64,000 bases of DNA, from contig CAYMEX010000005.1 in assembly GCA_964389525.1 (NCBI GenBank), positions 12,044 to 76,043 of the forward strand. The letters are read 5' to 3'. Shown here piece after piece: positions 30,676 to 40,569 of this stretch. Under the pieces are notes generated by a model. It searched no databases and was not told where the DNA came from. It was given only the letters and a program-made list of their open reading frames with translations. Position 1 is the first letter of the stretch. Every line of letters starts with the position of its first letter. The DNA is from an uncultured Muribaculaceae bacterium. Its GTDB lineage: Bacteria; Bacteroidota; Bacteroidia; Bacteroidales; Muribaculaceae. A program made the translations under genes and the position numbers.

Positions 30676-31461
30676 ATGATTTCACCACTCGCATACGTTG
30701 ACCCTGCCGCCAGAATAGGCGACAACGTCACTATCCATCCATTCGCCTACATCGAAGCCGACGTTGAGATTGGCGACGGATGTGAGATCAAGCCCTATGC
30801 AAGCATCCTCAACGGTGCACGTCTTGGGCGTGGAAACGTCGTATATCAGGGAGCCGTGATCGGCGCGACGCCACAGGATTTCCGCTGGAAAGGCGAGAAA
30901 ACCTACTGCTATATCGGCGACAACAACGTCATACGTGAGCATGTCATCATCAATCTTGGCATTAATCCGACAGGCGGCACACACATTGCCAGCGACAACT
31001 TCATCATGGCAAATGTGCATCTCGGTCACGACTGCACCATAGGCAACCACTGTGTGCTCGGCAACGGCGTGACATTCGGCGGAAGCGTCAAGGTCGGCGA
31101 CTATGTCATCCTCTCGAGCAACTCCATCCTTCACGAAGGATCGGAAGTAGGCGACTGGGTGCTTGTCAAGGGCGGATGCCGCATCTCGGGCAATGTGCCC
31201 CCCTACGTCATTGTGGCGCACAATCCCGTGAGCTATTTCGGAGTCAACGCCTACGTGATGCGCAAGGGCGGATTTGACCCCGACGTGATTGATGACGTTG
31301 CCAAGGCATACCGCCACGTCTACCAGAGCGGCACATCGGTGTTCAACGCACTCAACCGCATCGAGGACGACGTGAAAGAAAGCGAGTGTCGCGCAAAGAT
31401 TCTCGATTTCATACGTCGCAACAACCTCCAGATCGTGGCTGTGCCCGTCGATCTCGAGTAA
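30676..31461 (+). CDS. lpxA: acyl-ACP--UDP-N-acetylglucosamine O-acyltransferase
   Basis: Left-handed beta-helix hexapeptide repeats and the MISPLAYVDPAARIGDNVTIHPFAYI N-terminus. Confidence 0.9.
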   Translation: MISPLAYVDPAARIGDNVTIHPFAYIEADVEIGDGCEIKPYASILNGARLGRGNVVYQGAVIGATPQDFRWKGEKTYCYIGDNNVIREHVIINLGINPTGGTHIASDNFIMANVHLGHDCTIGNHCVLGNGVTFGGSVKVGDYVILSSNSILHEGSEVGDWVLVKGGCRISGNVPPYVIVAHNPVSYFGVNAYVMRKGGFDPDVIDDVAKAYRHVYQSGTSVFNALNRIEDDVKESECRAKILDFIRRNNLQIVAVPVDLE

Positions 31462-31492
31462 AAGACACAATAGCGAATCATCATATACAATC

Positions 31493-31545
31493 AGAAGCGG
31501 CAATCGGCATCTGGCCTGTTGCCGCTTCTTTTTTCTTTTTTTTTG
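31493..31545 (+). terminator. rho-independent terminator after lpxA
   Basis: AGAAGCGGCAA-N15-TTGCCGCTTCT forms an 11-bp stem, followed by a long T tract. Confidence 0.8.
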
Positions 31546-31680
31546 TCTTGCCGCAAAAAAACTCCAAAAAAGTGAGTATATTAAAAGCATAAATCCGTCT
31601 TAATATATCCTGTTTTGACTTCCTCCGTGATGTCACGTAAGACTGTCGCGAAAAAATGAGTCATATCATGTATCTGCCAT

Positions 31681-32283
31681 ATGAACGACATTGAATTGTG
31701 GAAACTGGTACTGAAGGGCGATTCTTCAGCACTTTCAATGCTGTATTGCAGATACTATGAGCTTATGCTTAATTACGGGCTGAGATATACGTCAGACGTG
31801 GATCTTGTGAAAGACTGCATACAGGACGTTTTTGTGAAGATATGCAGCAGCCGTCGCCTTTCCGATCTCACATATGTCAGATCCTATCTGTTGGCCTCGA
31901 TGCGCAACGTCCTGCTCGACCGGCTGTCGGCGCTCCACATAGAGGAGAATATCGATGATTATGCGTTTTGTCTTGACATTGACGATACCGCGCTTGAGCG
32001 GCTTTTCATGCACGACGACGAGAAGCTGCGTCTGAGCCGCCGTATACTTTCAGCCTACGGCATGTTGCCGAAAAAACAGCGCGAAGTTCTGTATCTGCGC
32101 TACGTCAAGGGACTTTCACACAAAGAAGTGGCGGCAGTGCTTGAGATCAACCCACAGTCGTCGATGAATCAGATACATCGCGCTCTTGAGCGGCTGCGTG
32201 CAGCCCTTGGTGCCGATTTCGACGAAAGCATGGCCTTGCTTTTATGGGCCGCAGGTTGCGGGACACTCACCTCCAGCCTCTGA
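31681..32283 (+). CDS. ECF (sigma-70 family) RNA polymerase sigma factor
   Basis: Region 2 (YYELMLNYGLRY...DCIQDVF) and region 4 (QREVLYLRYVKGLSHKEVAAVL). Confidence 0.9.
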   Translation: MNDIELWKLVLKGDSSALSMLYCRYYELMLNYGLRYTSDVDLVKDCIQDVFVKICSSRRLSDLTYVRSYLLASMRNVLLDRLSALHIEENIDDYAFCLDIDDTALERLFMHDDEKLRLSRRILSAYGMLPKKQREVLYLRYVKGLSHKEVAAVLEINPQSSMNQIHRALERLRAALGADFDESMALLLWAAGCGTLTSSL

Positions 32284-32299
32284 TCCCCGCAAGTCCCAC

Positions 32300-32830
32300 A
32301 TTCCCCCGCTTGTGTAGCATGTGTAACAAGGTGCCTTTCAGGCACGCTTTATCGGCGATTTTTTAGAAGGTGTGTCAAAATAGGCTTTGGGCGTACTGTC
32401 GCACGCCCCTACGACGTTTTAGATTGATTGTACGTATGACAGACTGTTGATTTGTAGGGGCGTGCGACAGTACGCCTACCCCTTCCGTCGAAGACGGATG
32501 ATAATGCAAAGCCCCACATCAAGCGCGACAAGCGCGATAGTGTGGGGTATGATCGTTTTTATAAAATGTGGCCTCGGAGAGGTCGTTTATCTGATATCTT
32601 CGACGCCAGACATCCAGGTCTGTCGATTTTTCCCCCACGCCTTCGGCATTTGCATACATGGTCTGATACCTGACGGCATTTTTAGTAAGCGGAATCGTAT
32701 GACTACGGAATTTAAAATGCCTGAAAGGCATTTGAGAATATTAGCCGGGGGCACCGACAGGTGCCTCCGGGATTTTTAACGATGCAGAAAAAGTGCCTGA
32801 CAAGGCACCTTGTTACACTGTCCGAGGGTG
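32300..32830. repeat. mosaic REP cluster separating the sigma and anti-sigma genes
   Basis: GTAACAAGGTGCCTTTCAGGCAC at 32322-32344. An inverted pair of GTAGGGGCGTGCGACAGTACGCC units at 32389-32412 (reverse complement) and 32453-32477. One copy of the roughly 165-bp composite element at 32481-32646. A roughly 100-bp composite at 32713-32815 that matches 40151-40258 in reverse complement. Confidence 0.85.
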
Positions 32831-32940
32831 GTACACCCCGGTCATCCAGCTATCGCTCCATTTTTTTTGAACAAATTTTTACTTAAAAAAGAGTAGATAT
32901 TTTTAAGAAACACGTCTTAATTGTTGTATATCGCAAAACA

Positions 32941-34032
32941 ATGGAAAAGCAGCAGAAAGATATAAACGATGTTGTGCGGCGTCTGGTCGATTACGTCAAC
33001 TCAAATGAGGTGCACGTAGACCCCGACGACGTCATGCGCTCGTGGTTCGGTGTCTCGCGTTCTATGCGGGCCTACCGTCGTCGCCGCGTCTATCGTCGTA
33101 TTACGCTGCTTCTAACGGCTTTGGCGGCCATGGTGGTTCTGTTTGTCGGCTTTAGATTTCTCAAGCCGTCGGCCACAGACTCTGCCGTGTCGATAAAAGA
33201 CTATGCGATGCAGACTTTGCCGTTGCATGAAAGCGACAACGACAATATCGTGCTTATGATCTCCGACGACGAGCGCATCGATGTCGAGAAAGAGGAGGCC
33301 GAGATCATCTATACTGAAAAAGGCGATCTTACGGTCAACTCCGACACCGTGGCGACAAAGACAAAAAGTGTCGGCGCGGACGCCGCCCCGGTCTACAGCC
33401 AGCTCATAGTGCCTAAAGGGCGTCGCTCGCAACTGTTGCTGTCCGACGGCACGCGCGTGTGGGTCAATTCTGGCACACGTGTGGTCTACCCGCAGGAGTT
33501 CGGCGTCAGCAGGCGCGAGGTCATAGTCGAGGGTGAGGCCTATCTCGAGGTAGCCCGCGACGCGGCGCGCCCGTTCACTGTCATTACGCGCGACTTCAAT
33601 GTCTGTGTCACCGGCACCGCGTTCAATGTCTCGGCTTATCCGACAGAGCCGCAGGCTTCTGTTGTACTTGTGGGTGGTCTGGTGAGTGTCGGAAACGGCA
33701 GGGGAGAGGATGTGGCGCTTGCTCCCGGCCAGTGCCTGGAAGTCGATAGTGCGGGGGTGTTTGGCACGCCGGTCGACGTGGATGTCGCGCCATACGTCAG
33801 CTGGATTCACAACATGTTCATATACAACAACGAGCCGCTCACCGAAGTCTTTAAGAAGCTGGAACTTTACTATGGTCGCACCATTGTTGTAGGCTCTGGT
33901 GTGGCTGAGATGAGGGTTTCCGGCAAACTTGACCTTAAAAAGAGTCTCGACGAAGTGATTTCCGTTATCGCCTACTCCGCACCGATTGTGTGTGAGGAGA
34001 AGGATAACTGCCTGTATATCGGTATCGAGTAA
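32941..34032 (+). CDS. FecR family anti-sigma factor
   Basis: Single TM (ITLLLTALAAMVVLFVGF) and a FecR-like periplasmic domain. It lies upstream of a SusC carrying an STN domain. Confidence 0.85.
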   Translation: MEKQQKDINDVVRRLVDYVNSNEVHVDPDDVMRSWFGVSRSMRAYRRRRVYRRITLLLTALAAMVVLFVGFRFLKPSATDSAVSIKDYAMQTLPLHESDNDNIVLMISDDERIDVEKEEAEIIYTEKGDLTVNSDTVATKTKSVGADAAPVYSQLIVPKGRRSQLLLSDGTRVWVNSGTRVVYPQEFGVSRREVIVEGEAYLEVARDAARPFTVITRDFNVCVTGTAFNVSAYPTEPQASVVLVGGLVSVGNGRGEDVALAPGQCLEVDSAGVFGTPVDVDVAPYVSWIHNMFIYNNEPLTEVFKKLELYYGRTIVVGSGVAEMRVSGKLDLKKSLDEVISVIAYSAPIVCEEKDNCLYIGIE

Positions 34033-34214
34033 TTCCAGTTTCGGGGAATTATCGGAGGCTGTGTAGAAATAAACCAACCACAATAAACCAACCATTAAAA
34101 TCAATTGCCAATGAAGTAGATAGCCATGAAAAAACAAACGACCGGACATATTGACGGTATATCCGGTCGTCGGGAGAGAGAGAAACCTTAAAATGTAAAG
34201 TTAATGCGAAAATA

Positions 34215-37200
34215 ATGACTAATAACAACACAAGCAATTCATGTCTGTGGAGTGCCATGCGTGCCATGCTGATTCTCTGCATCTGTCTTGTTTCTTTTGG
34301 CGCCGGTGCATCCGGCCCTGCCGATACCAGCGATAAACTTATCACAATTGAAGTCAAGGACAAGACTGTCAAAGATGTGCTTTCTAAAATCGAGAAGGAG
34401 AGCGGTTATATATTTTTCTACTACAACAACAAGGGCATCGACATGCGCCGCCGCGTGAGTCTCTCGGCAAAAAACAAGCCTGTGACCGCGATCCTCGATG
34501 AGATTTTCAAGAACACAGGAGTCACTTATGAGATCAAGGGGCGTCAGATCTCGCTTAAGAGCAATGCTCCCGTGCAGAACAAGGATACCAGGAGCACGCC
34601 AAAACGCAAAGTGACAGGCGTTGTGACCGACGCCGACAGCGGCGACCCGCTGATCGGAGTCACCGTTATGGCGGATAATGCATCTGGTGTCGGCACCTCG
34701 ACCAATATCGACGGTGAATTCTCGATTGAGATTCCCGAAAACGTGTCGCTCCGATTCTCAAGCATAGGATATCTGCCGCAGGTCGTGTCGGCGCAGGGCA
34801 AGGATGAGCTTGCCGTGAAACTCGCTCCCGACCAGAAGGTGCTCGACGACGTTGTGGTTGTCGGCTATGGCACGATGCAGAAGAAGCAGGTGACGTCGTC
34901 GATCACTTCGATCAAAGGCGACGATCTGTTTGTGGGTGTCGGCGGTTCTGACATCGGTACTGCGCTTCAGGGCAAGGTGTCGGGTCTGACAATTGACGGA
35001 GCCAACAGTTCGCCTAACGCCGCATCGACATATCAGTTGCGCGGCGCTGCTTCGATCAGTGCGGGCAAGTCGCCGCTTGTGGTTATCGACGGTATTCCGG
35101 GCGGCGATATCCGTGCCATCAATCAGGAAGATATAGAGAGTATCGACGTGCTCAAGGATGCTTCGGCTGGTGCTATCTACGGAACGAAAGCTGCTGCAGG
35201 TGTGATTCTGATCACAACGAAAAAGGCCAAGGAGGGCACGATGCGTCTGACATACACAGGTGAGTTCACGACCGAGTTTCTGCGTAAGAAACCCGAGCTG
35301 ATGAATGCCAAAGAGTATGTGGAAAACGGTGTAGGTTCGGATTTCGGCTATGAGACCGACTGGTATGACGCGGTAACGGTGGACCATCCTTTCTCGCAGA
35401 AGCATGCGGTGACGATGCAGGAGGCAAGCAAGACTCACGACATCTATGCCTCGCTGATCTACAGTAACGCCGAAGGAGCTGTAATCGGCGACAAGCGTCG
35501 TGACTTGTCGGGGCGCATGAATGCCAATTTCAAATTTTTTGACGGTATCCTCGAGGTGGGGATGCGTCTGCAGGCGCGTGAGGCCAAACGCGACACGCGC
35601 GGTACCGAGACTACTGTGAAATCAGCCATTGTACAGAATCCGACGGTGCCGCTGATGGATCCGGATGATCCGTCTAAGTATAATACCACCCTTGAGTTCA
35701 GCAAAAACAGCCGCAATCCGGTTTCTGACGTTAATGAGAGCATATCTGACATCAAAGACCAGTGGCTGCTCGGTACTGTGACTATGAAAATGAAAATATG
35801 GGACGGGCTGACGCTTCACGGATCGGCCAATGTGAACCGTTATCAGCAGAATTTCCAGCGCATGGAAACTCCCGATCACGGAGCCTCATACTGGAATAAG
35901 GTGCAGGGTTATGCAAAACATGAGTTTTCACTCTCCAACAAGACGTCGTATGACGCTTATTTCAACTATCTGAAGGAGTTTGGCGCCAATCGTGAGCACC
36001 GTGTCGACGCCACTCTCGGCTGGACATACTGGGAAGACGAGGGTAAAGAGACCTTCAATGCAGAGAATACAGATTTCGCGGCAATAGATGCTGTAGGAAT
36101 ATGGGATCTCGGCAGTGGCTCTTATCTGAAAAAAGGCAAGGCGAAGATGAAGTCAAGCAAGAGTGTGCGCGAGCGCTCGCTGTCGTTCTTCGGCCGTGCA
36201 AGCTACAGCTACAACGACACCTACATGGCAACGGCATCTGTACGCCGCGAGTCTTCGTCGAAATTCGGATCGTATAACGGATGGGGCACTTTCTGGTCGA
36301 CGAGTTTTGGCTGGCGCATCAGCAAGGAGGAGTTCATGGAGAGTACCCGTGACTGGCTGAACGACTTGAAAATACGTGTGGCTTACGGTGTGACAGGCAA
36401 CAATGGATTCTCGTCGGGCAACACGGTCACGCGACTGAAGCAGAAGGACTACTGGATCATGTATGACACGCAGACATGGATCAATGCCTATGGTCCAAAG
36501 AACAATGGCAATCCTAATCTGAAATGGGAGGAGAATCACGAGCTTAACTTAGGTCTCGACTACTCTCTGTTCAACAACCGCCTGTGGGGAAAATTCGATT
36601 ACTTCAGCCGCAACATCGAGGATATGATCTTCCTCGTGAAAGCTCCTCAGCCGCCTTATGTCGACGGCAATATCTATCGCAATATCGGCACGATGAGCAA
36701 CAAAGGCTGGGAACTTGAAATTGCAGGTACCCCCGTGCAGACCAGGGATTTCGAGTGGACGACCTCAATGAATCTCTCGCACAACAGCAGCAAAATCACC
36801 AAAATCAATGTCGAGAGTGCCCGCTGGGAGGCATATCAGTTCCCTGGTCCTGGCTCTCCCGGTATCGGCATCCAGTATGTCGAAGGCTCAAAGGTGGGAC
36901 AATGGTATGGTTACAAGGCTGTAGGTGTCGACGAGAACGGCCAGCTTCTGATTGACTGCGGCAAGGACGGCATCCTGCCTCAGACTCAGGTCACGGCAGA
37001 CCATAAGGTTTATTTTGGCGATGCCATGCCTAAGGTTGTCATCAGCTGGAACAACTCTCTGCGTTACCGTAACTTCGACTTTGCAATGCAGATGCGTTCA
37101 TGGATCGGCCACGACGTCTACAACCAGTTCAGCATGTATAACGGTATAATCAACAGCGGCAACCAGAATCTTATCAAGCCTCTCTATGAGATGCACAAGG

Positions 37201-37490
37201 ATTTCAAAGGTAACAAGCTGATTACCGACTACTTCATCGAGAACGGTACGTTTGTGAAAATCGACGCCATCACGCTGGGTTATACTCTCAACACAGGCCA
37301 ATGGAACAGGTTTTTGAGCAAGGCACGCATCTATCTGACGCTTCGCGATGTGGCAACGTTCACGGGCTACAAGGGCATGAATCCTGAGGTGCAGATCAAC
37401 GGCCTGACACCGGGCATGGACCTGCAGAGCGGAGCGAGCATGTACCCGCAGACGATACGCTGCACGGCCGGTGTGCAGCTGACATTCTAA
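34215..37490 (+). CDS. SusC/RagA family TonB-dependent transducer (STN + carboxypeptidase-regulatory-like + plug + barrel)
   Basis: STN signalling domain (ITIEVKDKTVKDVLSKIEKESGYIFFY), VTGVVTDADSGDPLIGVTV, the TonB box region VVVVGYGTMQKK and a C-terminal Phe. Confidence 0.95.
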   Translation: MTNNNTSNSCLWSAMRAMLILCICLVSFGAGASGPADTSDKLITIEVKDKTVKDVLSKIEKESGYIFFYYNNKGIDMRRRVSLSAKNKPVTAILDEIFKNTGVTYEIKGRQISLKSNAPVQNKDTRSTPKRKVTGVVTDADSGDPLIGVTVMADNASGVGTSTNIDGEFSIEIPENVSLRFSSIGYLPQVVSAQGKDELAVKLAPDQKVLDDVVVVGYGTMQKKQVTSSITSIKGDDLFVGVGGSDIGTALQGKVSGLTIDGANSSPNAASTYQLRGAASISAGKSPLVVIDGIPGGDIRAINQEDIESIDVLKDASAGAIYGTKAAAGVILITTKKAKEGTMRLTYTGEFTTEFLRKKPELMNAKEYVENGVGSDFGYETDWYDAVTVDHPFSQKHAVTMQEASKTHDIYASLIYSNAEGAVIGDKRRDLSGRMNANFKFFDGILEVGMRLQAREAKRDTRGTETTVKSAIVQNPTVPLMDPDDPSKYNTTLEFSKNSRNPVSDVNESISDIKDQWLLGTVTMKMKIWDGLTLHGSANVNRYQQNFQRMETPDHGASYWNKVQGYAKHEFSLSNKTSYDAYFNYLKEFGANREHRVDATLGWTYWEDEGKETFNAENTDFAAIDAVGIWDLGSGSYLKKGKAKMKSSKSVRERSLSFFGRASYSYNDTYMATASVRRESSSKFGSYNGWGTFWSTSFGWRISKEEFMESTRDWLNDLKIRVAYGVTGNNGFSSGNTVTRLKQKDYWIMYDTQTWINAYGPKNNGNPNLKWEENHELNLGLDYSLFNNRLWGKFDYFSRNIEDMIFLVKAPQPPYVDGNIYRNIGTMSNKGWELEIAGTPVQTRDFEWTTSMNLSHNSSKITKINVESARWEAYQFPGPGSPGIGIQYVEGSKVGQWYGYKAVGVDENGQLLIDCGKDGILPQTQVTADHKVYFGDAMPKVVISWNNSLRYRNFDFAMQMRSWIGHDVYNQFSMYNGIINSGNQNLIKPLYEMHKDFKGNKLITDYFIENGTFVKIDAITLGYTLNTGQWNRFLSKARIYLTLRDVATFTGYKGMNPEVQINGLTPGMDLQSGASMYPQTIRCTAGVQLTF

Positions 37491-37523
37491 ACAGAGACCG
37501 AAATCCCTAAAACAACGAAAGAT

Positions 37524-39275
37524 ATGAAAATCAAAAATATAATCATGTCGGCGGCGCTGCTCGGGCTTGGCTCACTCACATCGTGCGACATGAACGAGGT
37601 TTATTACTCGGATGTTCTTCCCGACAATCTGGTGCATAACGAGGAGGGTGTTTTCATGCTGCTCGGACGAGCCTTCAACTATATGGAGCCTCTCCGCGCC
37701 GGCTATATCTATGAGGTGAACGAGCAGATGGCAGATGTGTTTATCTGTCCGACGCGTGTGACCGGTGCGTGGTTTGAGGGCGGCATACACTATAACGCCC
37801 ATTACCACACGGTTACGCCCGATCATCAGTACTCTCAGACCTGGTGGGACAATGTGACGACAGGCATTGCCAACTGTGTCGACTGCATCGACAAGATCAA
37901 GGCTCTCGATTACAAGAGTCTGGGTATTCCGGAAGAGCGTAGGGCTCTGCACATCGCGCAGGCCGAGGCGCTGATGGCCTACTTCTATCTCAGAGGCATG
38001 GATTGGTTTGGCGGCCTTCCCATCTATGAGTCGCAGAATGATCCGTTGCAGCCTCGCGCTACCATGAAGGCGACGTTTGAGAAGACAGAGTCGCTGATTA
38101 AGAGCGCGATCGCCAATCTCGAGACCCGCAAGTCGGTTGATCAGTTTATGGACGGATACTTCCGCAAGGGAGCTGCCGCCATGCTTCTGGCTGAGCTTTA
38201 CTTAAACGCCGAGGCCTATATCGGTGTGCCGATGTACAGCGAGGCGGCCAAAGTGTGTGAGGATGTGATCAATGGTGTGTACGGCCCTTATGAGCTTGAC
38301 GAGGAGTGGCAGACCCCCTTCGGATTTGACAACCATTTATCCAAGGAGAATATGTGGTCGGTTGTGCTTGACGGCATCCATCTTCTCAACAACCGCTACA
38401 CCAACTTCTTCCCGAGCAAGATCGGCGATTATTTCGGTATCAAGACCGGCTACGGAGGCGGCGCAAACCAGTGGTGTCTGGCACCGTCGCGCAACCCCGA
38501 GGGCAAACTCTACAAAGAGGTGAATCCGGAAATCAGACTCGGCTCACCCTATGAGAAATTTGACGACGGCGACCTGCGCAAACAGCTGTATCACTACAAT
38601 GGCAATAAACAGTATGAGGGCATGTTTCTTGTGGGCGAGCTGAGGGATGAGCGCTATCCCGACCGTGTGTGCTTAGGGCGATTCCCTTTGACAAAGGATA
38701 AGGTTCTCGTGATCAACGACTGGATTGCTCCTTTCTCCAAGCTGGTGGAGAATGGCGGCACGATCGCCACTAAGGCAGAGCTTCCGTCGACGATGGATAA
38801 CTGTGCGGAAGAAGGTGACGGTGTGCGCATAATCAAATATGCCGTACCCGATGAGGCCGACAATGCTCTTTATATGACTCAGGATCACCCTGTGATTCGT
38901 CTTGCGGAGGCTTACTACACCCTTGCCGAGTGCAAGATGCGCCTCGGTGACAAGAAAGGGGCAGCCGAGCTGATAAACACGGTGAGAAAGCGTAATTTTG
39001 AGAATGGCAATGATCCGAATCCTGTGACAGAGGCCAATCTTGACAAATGGCGTATGCTTGACGAGTGGCTTATCGAGTTTCTCGGCGAGGGACGCCGCCG
39101 CATCGATCTGGTGCGCTGGGGTGTCTATCACACCGAGAAGTGGTGGGATCATGAGCCGACCAATGATGCAAACACCATACGTTTGCCAATACCGACATCG
39201 GCTTTTGGTGCAAACTCGCTCTTGAAGCAGAATCCCGGTTATGGTGGTAACGAACTCACACCGGAGGAAATGTAA
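37524..39275 (+). CDS. SusD/RagB family nutrient-binding lipoprotein
   Basis: Lipoprotein signal (LGSLTSC), TPR-like helical body and the RRRIDLVRWG C-terminal motif. It lies immediately after SusC. Confidence 0.9.
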   Translation: MKIKNIIMSAALLGLGSLTSCDMNEVYYSDVLPDNLVHNEEGVFMLLGRAFNYMEPLRAGYIYEVNEQMADVFICPTRVTGAWFEGGIHYNAHYHTVTPDHQYSQTWWDNVTTGIANCVDCIDKIKALDYKSLGIPEERRALHIAQAEALMAYFYLRGMDWFGGLPIYESQNDPLQPRATMKATFEKTESLIKSAIANLETRKSVDQFMDGYFRKGAAAMLLAELYLNAEAYIGVPMYSEAAKVCEDVINGVYGPYELDEEWQTPFGFDNHLSKENMWSVVLDGIHLLNNRYTNFFPSKIGDYFGIKTGYGGGANQWCLAPSRNPEGKLYKEVNPEIRLGSPYEKFDDGDLRKQLYHYNGNKQYEGMFLVGELRDERYPDRVCLGRFPLTKDKVLVINDWIAPFSKLVENGGTIATKAELPSTMDNCAEEGDGVRIIKYAVPDEADNALYMTQDHPVIRLAEAYYTLAECKMRLGDKKGAAELINTVRKRNFENGNDPNPVTEANLDKWRMLDEWLIEFLGEGRRRIDLVRWGVYHTEKWWDHEPTNDANTIRLPIPTSAFGANSLLKQNPGYGGNELTPEEM

Positions 39276-39307
39276 TTGATTGGTATATAAATATGTGTTA
39301 GATTTTG

Positions 39308-39338
39308 AAAGCGCGGCCTTCGTGGTCGCGCTTTTGTT
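39308..39338 (+). terminator. stem-loop terminator after susD-like gene
   Basis: AAAGCGCGGCC-TTCGT-GGTCGCGCTTT followed by TGTTGT. Confidence 0.55.
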
Positions 39339-39349
39339 GTCGTACCCAT

Positions 39350-39584
39350 GTGTTTAACGGAAGATCGAAACAACAGAGGGAATTTAATGGTGTTGCAGAA
39401 CTACCGTTACTAACGCTTTGTGAAATTCAATATTTCAATGCCTGAAAGGCATTTGAGGGACAAGCATAAGCGCAAGGTGTTTAACGGAGGATCGGAGCAA
39501 CTGAGGGAATTTAAGAGGGTGTTGCAGAAAACTACCGTTACTAACGCTTTGTGGAATTAAATATTTTAATGCCTGAAAGGCATT
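39350..39584. repeat. tandem repeat, about 127-bp period, 2 copies (39350-39453 and 39477-39584)
   Basis: The unit is GTGTTTAACGGARGATCGRARCAAC.GAGGGAATTTAA...ACTACCGTTACTAACGCTTTGTGRAATT.AATATTT.AATGCCTGAAAGGCATT. The copy-to-copy junction sequence recurs at 40236-40300, on the far side of the transposase gene. Confidence 0.85.
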
Positions 39585-39644
39585 AAAAGTTAGTAGCTGG
39601 GTGCACTGCAAGTGCGCCCGGACAATATGCGCCTCCTCCCAATA

Positions 39645-39667
39645 GTGCCTGAAAGGCACCTCGTTAC
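39645..39667 (-). repeat. REP hairpin flanking the transposase (reverse orientation; overlaps its stop codon)
   Basis: The reverse complement reads GTAACGAGGTGCCTTTCAGGCAC. This is the same family as 40151-40174 and 32322-32344. Confidence 0.8.
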
Positions 39668-40113
39668 ACCTTTGGGAAATACGGGTCATCGGGAGATATC
39701 CCGTTTTCTACAAGCCATGCTCTGTATTCATCAATAAAAGACCTATGGCGGTGGTGTTCTTTCTGACTTTCAATATATTTCCTCACAGAGTTCAGCTCTC
39801 TGAATCCACATGTAAAACTCGCATATCCTTCCTGCCAGCCTTCCCAAAAAGGAATGATGCGCCTGTCTCTGATATATTTTGATGATTCCTGTTTGACAAC
39901 CCTTATAATCTCAGAATGCGCCACAGTAGTTGGTAGGCTAACCAGCAGATGGATATGATCAGCCATACCGTTTATAGCGTAGACATATCCCTTGTATTTC
40001 ATTATAAGAGAAGTGATCATGCTATAAATTTCAGCTTCGGCATTTAGCTGAATTACAGATTTTCTCCCTTTTGGAGAGAAAACGATATGGAAATAATGAC
40101 GGATGTAGCTCAT
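39664..40113 (-). mobile_element. IS200/IS605-type Y1 (HUH) transposase, REP-associated tyrosine transposase (RAYT)-like, 149 aa
   Basis: HUH motif (ADHIHLLV) and a catalytic Tyr context (SVRKYIESQ). It is a single gene with no tnpB and is flanked by inverted REP hairpins. Confidence 0.85.
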
Positions 40114-40150
40114 GGTATCTTTTTTTGTTTCGCAAAGATAAGAAAAGCAT

Positions 40151-40174
40151 GTAACAAGGTGCCTTTACAGGCAC
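40151..40174 (+). repeat. REP hairpin flanking the transposase (forward orientation)
   Basis: GTAACAAGGTGCCTTTACAGGCAC, inverted relative to the copy at 39645-39667. Confidence 0.8.
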
Positions 40175-40440
40175 TTTTCAGGCAACATCAAAAATCCCGG
40201 AGGCACCTGTCGGTGCCCCCGGCTAATATCCCAAAATGCCTTTCAGGCATTTGAGGGACAAGCAGAAGCGCAAGGTGTTTAAAGGAGGATCGGAAATGCA
40301 CTGCGGGATGTCGGCGGATGGGCGGTCGGTTATCGCGATTTCGATATACGGGCCTACTGACATCACATCGCTATCGCGATAACTTGCCGATGGCATAGCG
40401 GTTACGTGGACAGTACGCCCACAAATCGGAAATAGTATTC
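40175..40440. repeat. REP mosaic downstream of the transposase start
   Basis: CCCGGAGGCACCTGTCGGTGCCCCCGG, AATGCCTTTCAGGCATT, CGCGATTTCGATATACGGGCCTACTGA (reverse complement of the unit in 5.5 kb cluster) and GACAGTACGCCCACA. Confidence 0.75.
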
Positions 40441-40569
40441 CACTTGTCAGAAACCATTTTGACACGCCCCTTTGTTTTGTGGTGCTCTCGCGTTAGCAGA
40501 CAATAACACTGCCGTGCACTGAAGTGTCGGCGGTTTTTAGTATGTTTGCAATAAGAAGTGAATAAAGTT

